Source: an uncultured archaeon (GTDB lineage Archaea; Micrarchaeota; Micrarchaeia; Micrarchaeales; CABMGC01). Taken from it: a stretch of DNA of 32,000 nt. Below the pieces are notes generated by a model. It saw only the letters and a list, made by a program, of their open reading frames with translations, did not search any database and was not told the DNA's origin. Of the stretch, positions 30,462 through 32,000 are shown piece by piece. The position numbers were made by a program, and so were the translations under genes. The stretch's first letter is position 1. Every line of letters starts with the position of its first letter. Location of the stretch: positions 30,001 through 62,000 of the forward strand of contig OY969902.1 in NCBI GenBank assembly GCA_963704435.1, read 5' to 3'.

Positions 30462-30686
30462 ATGTTTGTGATGGTATCAATGGCAGCGACATGCGTAATC
30501 TGCGGGAAGAAGGTCGACAGGTCCGTCTCGGACCCCAAACATCCCGATCAGCGCGTGTGCCTGGACTGCCTCAGGGGCCTCGTATTCAACATGAGCACGG
30601 TCGAGGAGGCGATGAAGCCCATGGTCGACGCATTCACGGACGCCCTCTCGGAGATAAAGGACGAGGTAGAGCAGGGAAGCAAGTAG
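30462..30686 (+). CDS. Small zinc-ribbon protein (CxxC-x17-CxxC)
   Basis: The motif CVICGKKVDRSVSDPKHPDQRVCLDC has four Cys in zinc-ribbon spacing. The ORF-track start 30441 lies inside the upstream terminator hairpin, so ATG 30462, 30471 or 30480 is more likely. Confidence 0.45.
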   Translation: MFVMVSMAATCVICGKKVDRSVSDPKHPDQRVCLDCLRGLVFNMSTVEEAMKPMVDAFTDALSEIKDEVEQGSK

Positions 30687-30712
30687 CGAGATTTATGCTT
30701 AATTGATGGTAG

Positions 30713-30958
30713 ATGAATATGGCGAAGAGAACTAGGAGAACGAGATCAAGGGCTGCTGCAAGGTCTGCAAGGCCAACCCCAACAAAGGAGATAGCCGTGC
30801 CCAAGAACCTGAACTACAGGAAGATCGGAGGAGTGGTGCTGGCGGTCGTCGGCGCCCTGCTGGTCCTGGCGAACCTGTCAGGATTGCTGTATGCCTTCGC
30901 CGGGATAGTCCTGATATACTTCGGGCTGAGGCTGCTCGGATACAACATTAAGGTCTGA
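30713..30958 (+). CDS. Hypothetical small membrane protein with Arg-rich N-terminus
   Basis: The basic N-terminus (KRTRRTRSRAAARSARP) is followed by two hydrophobic helices. No family was recognised. Confidence 0.5.
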   Translation: MNMAKRTRRTRSRAAARSARPTPTKEIAVPKNLNYRKIGGVVLAVVGALLVLANLSGLLYAFAGIVLIYFGLRLLGYNIKV

Positions 30959-30971
30959 AGCCGCTGTTTCT

Positions 30972-30989
30972 GCGGGCCCAACGGCCCGC
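30972..30989 (+). terminator. Hairpin GCGGGCC-caac-GGCCCGC after gene 30713-30958
   Basis: The stem is a perfect 7 bp, starting 14 nt after the stop. CTTTTT follows about 30 nt later. Confidence 0.3.
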
Positions 30990-31041
30990 TCCAGGCTGAT
31001 TCCGCTAGCGTCATCTGGCTACTTTTTACATCCCTCGGCGC

Positions 31042-31101
31042 GGGAACAAAATCCTGACAATGGTATATATACCCTAAAATCCATAATATAGTTATAAGTG
31101 G
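31042..31101 (+). repeat. Degenerate copy 0 of the promoter/operator-like cassette
   Basis: It aligns to copies 1 and 2 through GGGAAC..AAAA.C..ACAATGG-TATATATA-.....-AAATCCATAAT-..TATAAG.GG. The GGAGG of the other copies is replaced by CCCTA. No sizeable ORF follows. Confidence 0.5.
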
Positions 31102-31174
31102 GGTATGACGGGCTTCTGACTGCGGCGACACGGCGGTGTATGGGAGTACAGTGCTCCCATGATAACAAGAAATC

Positions 31175-31227
31175 CAGTGAGAACCGGAAAACTCACAATG
31201 GTTTTTATAGGAGGAAATCCATAATTA
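31175..31227 (+). repeat. Copy 1 of the 53-bp promoter/operator-like cassette (contains TTTTTATA at 31202-31209)
   Basis: CAGTGAGAACCGGAAAACTCACAATGGTTTTTATAGGAGGAAATCCATAATTA matches 31644-31696 at 50 of 53 positions, at a constant offset of 469 nt. A GAGGT Shine-Dalgarno-like motif (31235-31239) lies 7 nt before ATG 31247. Confidence 0.8.
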
Positions 31228-31246
31228 TGTATAAGAGGTTGAAACA

Positions 31247-31636
31247 ATGAATAAAAAATTGCTTCCAGAAGATTTGAGATCGATTAATCCTGAGGTTTCG
31301 AAGGCCGACCTGAAGCCTGCGAAGCGAGGAGGAATCTGCCCCACAATAACTGCGGCTGCCATTTCAGGCGCTTTTGCAGGGGCGTTCGTTACGGCGATGG
31401 TTGTGGCGCCTGAAAAAGTTGTAGACGTGGCAGTAGGCGCGGCTAACGATGTGCTTTTTATCGGTTCACAAATAGTGCCGCGGACGTACACTGTGCTGTC
31501 AAACACAGCGCTTACCTATGGGGTGCCAGTGGTGGATGTGGCGGCCACGATTGTGGTGTTCGGATCCGTCGGGCTAGCGCTCCTTGCCAATGCTGTGCGC
31601 AAAGCGGAGGGAAGTTCGCCGAAGGGCAAGCAGTGA
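31247..31636 (+). CDS. Hypothetical small membrane protein (paralog family A, member 1)
   Basis: The 129-aa protein has two hydrophobic segments. It shares KR-(TM)-APE-x8-AAN-x-(V/I)L spacing with the next gene and is preceded by cassette copy 1. Confidence 0.6.
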   Translation: MNKKLLPEDLRSINPEVSKADLKPAKRGGICPTITAAAISGAFAGAFVTAMVVAPEKVVDVAVGAANDVLFIGSQIVPRTYTVLSNTALTYGVPVVDVAATIVVFGSVGLALLANAVRKAEGSSPKGKQ

Positions 31637-31643
31637 CTCCCGT

Positions 31644-31696
31644 CAGTGGGAACTGGAAAACTCACAATGATTTTTATAGGAGGAAATCCATAATTA
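31644..31696 (+). repeat. Copy 2 of the 53-bp promoter/operator-like cassette (contains TTTTTATA at 31671-31678)
   Basis: It begins 8 nt after the stop of gene 31247-31636. The next ATG (31715) sits at the same distance from the TATA-like element as in copy 1. Confidence 0.8.
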
Positions 31697-31714
31697 CATG
31701 TAAAGGCGAAGAAG

Positions 31715-32000
31715 ATGTTCAGACCAATAAGCAACCTGTCAGATAACCCAAGCCTTGCTTATAGATCGAGCCCGAGCGCAGCAGGGAAAATGCAATCTGA
31801 GGAAAAAATTTATCCCGTTATTCCCAAAGAAACCCTTACGGGCCTGAAGCGGACTTTTACTGGACGCGAAATAGCTCTTATCGAAGTTGGCACTGCCCTC
31901 ACGACGGTGGCAGTGATGGCTGCCGGATTCACATATGCGCCCGAACAAACGCAGTACTGGCTAACTACTGCAGCCAACGCGATATTGGATCCGCTTGCGT
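31715..32000 (+). CDS. Hypothetical small membrane protein (paralog family A, member 2), 3'-partial; not in the ORF track
   Basis: My own translation gives MFRPISNLSDNPSLAYRSSPSAAGKMQSEEKIYPVIPKETLTGLKRTFTGREIALIEVGTALTTVAVMAAGFTYAPEQTQYWLTTAANAILDPLA... and the frame is open to the window end. Confidence 0.5.
   Translation, partial: MFRPISNLSDNPSLAYRSSPSAAGKMQSEEKIYPVIPKETLTGLKRTFTGREIALIEVGTALTTVAVMAAGFTYAPEQTQYWLTTAANAILDPLA

Noticed and set aside
31095-31185. Possible box C/D sRNA (ATGACG ... CTGA ... CATGATA ... GTGA).
   Set aside because: The boxes are degenerate, with no true RUGAUGA. The C-to-D' spacing is only about 5 nt instead of the roughly 12-nt guide length, and the terminal D box would be GUGA.
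31140-31250. 36-aa ORF reading through cassette copy 1 and ending in an ATGA overlap with gene 31247. I also considered mini-uORFs (ATG 31227, 7 codons; ATG-TAA at 31698-31703).
   Set aside because: All three substitutions between cassette copies 1 and 2 are non-synonymous in that frame (E/G, R/W, G/D), and copy 2 has no equivalent start. If the TTTTTATA is the TATA box, the predicted transcription start lies downstream of these ATGs. I therefore treat the cassette as regulatory DNA rather than coding sequence.
1-32000. CRISPR arrays, rRNA genes, additional tRNAs, inteins and known defence operons.
   Set aside because: I saw no regularly spaced direct repeats of 24-40 nt and no further T-loop-like GTTCRANYC contexts outside 9672-9757. 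Conserved genes carry no intein-size insertions, and no cas or restriction-modification signatures were found. The only repeats found are the IS termini and TSD and the 53-bp cassette.

Overview
Gene-dense archaeal chromosomal segment. Archaeal markers present are a histone-fold protein, aRF1, aEF-2, RpoK/Rpo6, L30e and the L7Ae-S28e-L24e cluster. I can support about 36 protein genes, one tRNA-Leu(UAG), one apparently intact IS4/IS5-type insertion sequence with inverted repeats and a target-site duplication, and one RelE-type toxin-antitoxin pair. I found no rRNA, no CRISPR array, no cas genes and no known defence operon. Core genes are G+C-rich with an ATA/AGG codon habit. Single 60-nt lines I counted by hand gave 40/60 G+C at 361-420, 39/60 at 16441-16500 and 36/60 at 24001-24060. 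A+T-richer accessory patches interrupt them: 22/60 at 2941-3000, 20/60 at 3061-3120, 25/60 at 25681-25740 and 19/60 at 29281-29340. Conserved archaeal operons look fragmented. L30e abuts S12 with no nusA between them, rpoK is coupled to a lipid reductase, and L24e is followed by a PurC-like gene. This would fit a small-genome uncultivated (DPANN-like) archaeon, but that lineage guess is speculation. I could not identify one clear-cut novel multi-gene system. The best candidates for follow-up are: (a) a triplicated ~55-bp promoter/operator-like cassette heading a tandem array of paralogous small membrane proteins at the 3' end; (b) a polyprenyl-synthase-like protein with a degenerate first Asp-rich motif; (c) a divergent PurC-like gene paired with a DUF523/TudS-like gene; (d) a signal peptidase with a large sequon-rich insertion, translationally coupled to smc; (e) two orphan proteins of 496 aa and 316 aa. 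All functional calls rest on motif recognition by eye, and no database search was run.
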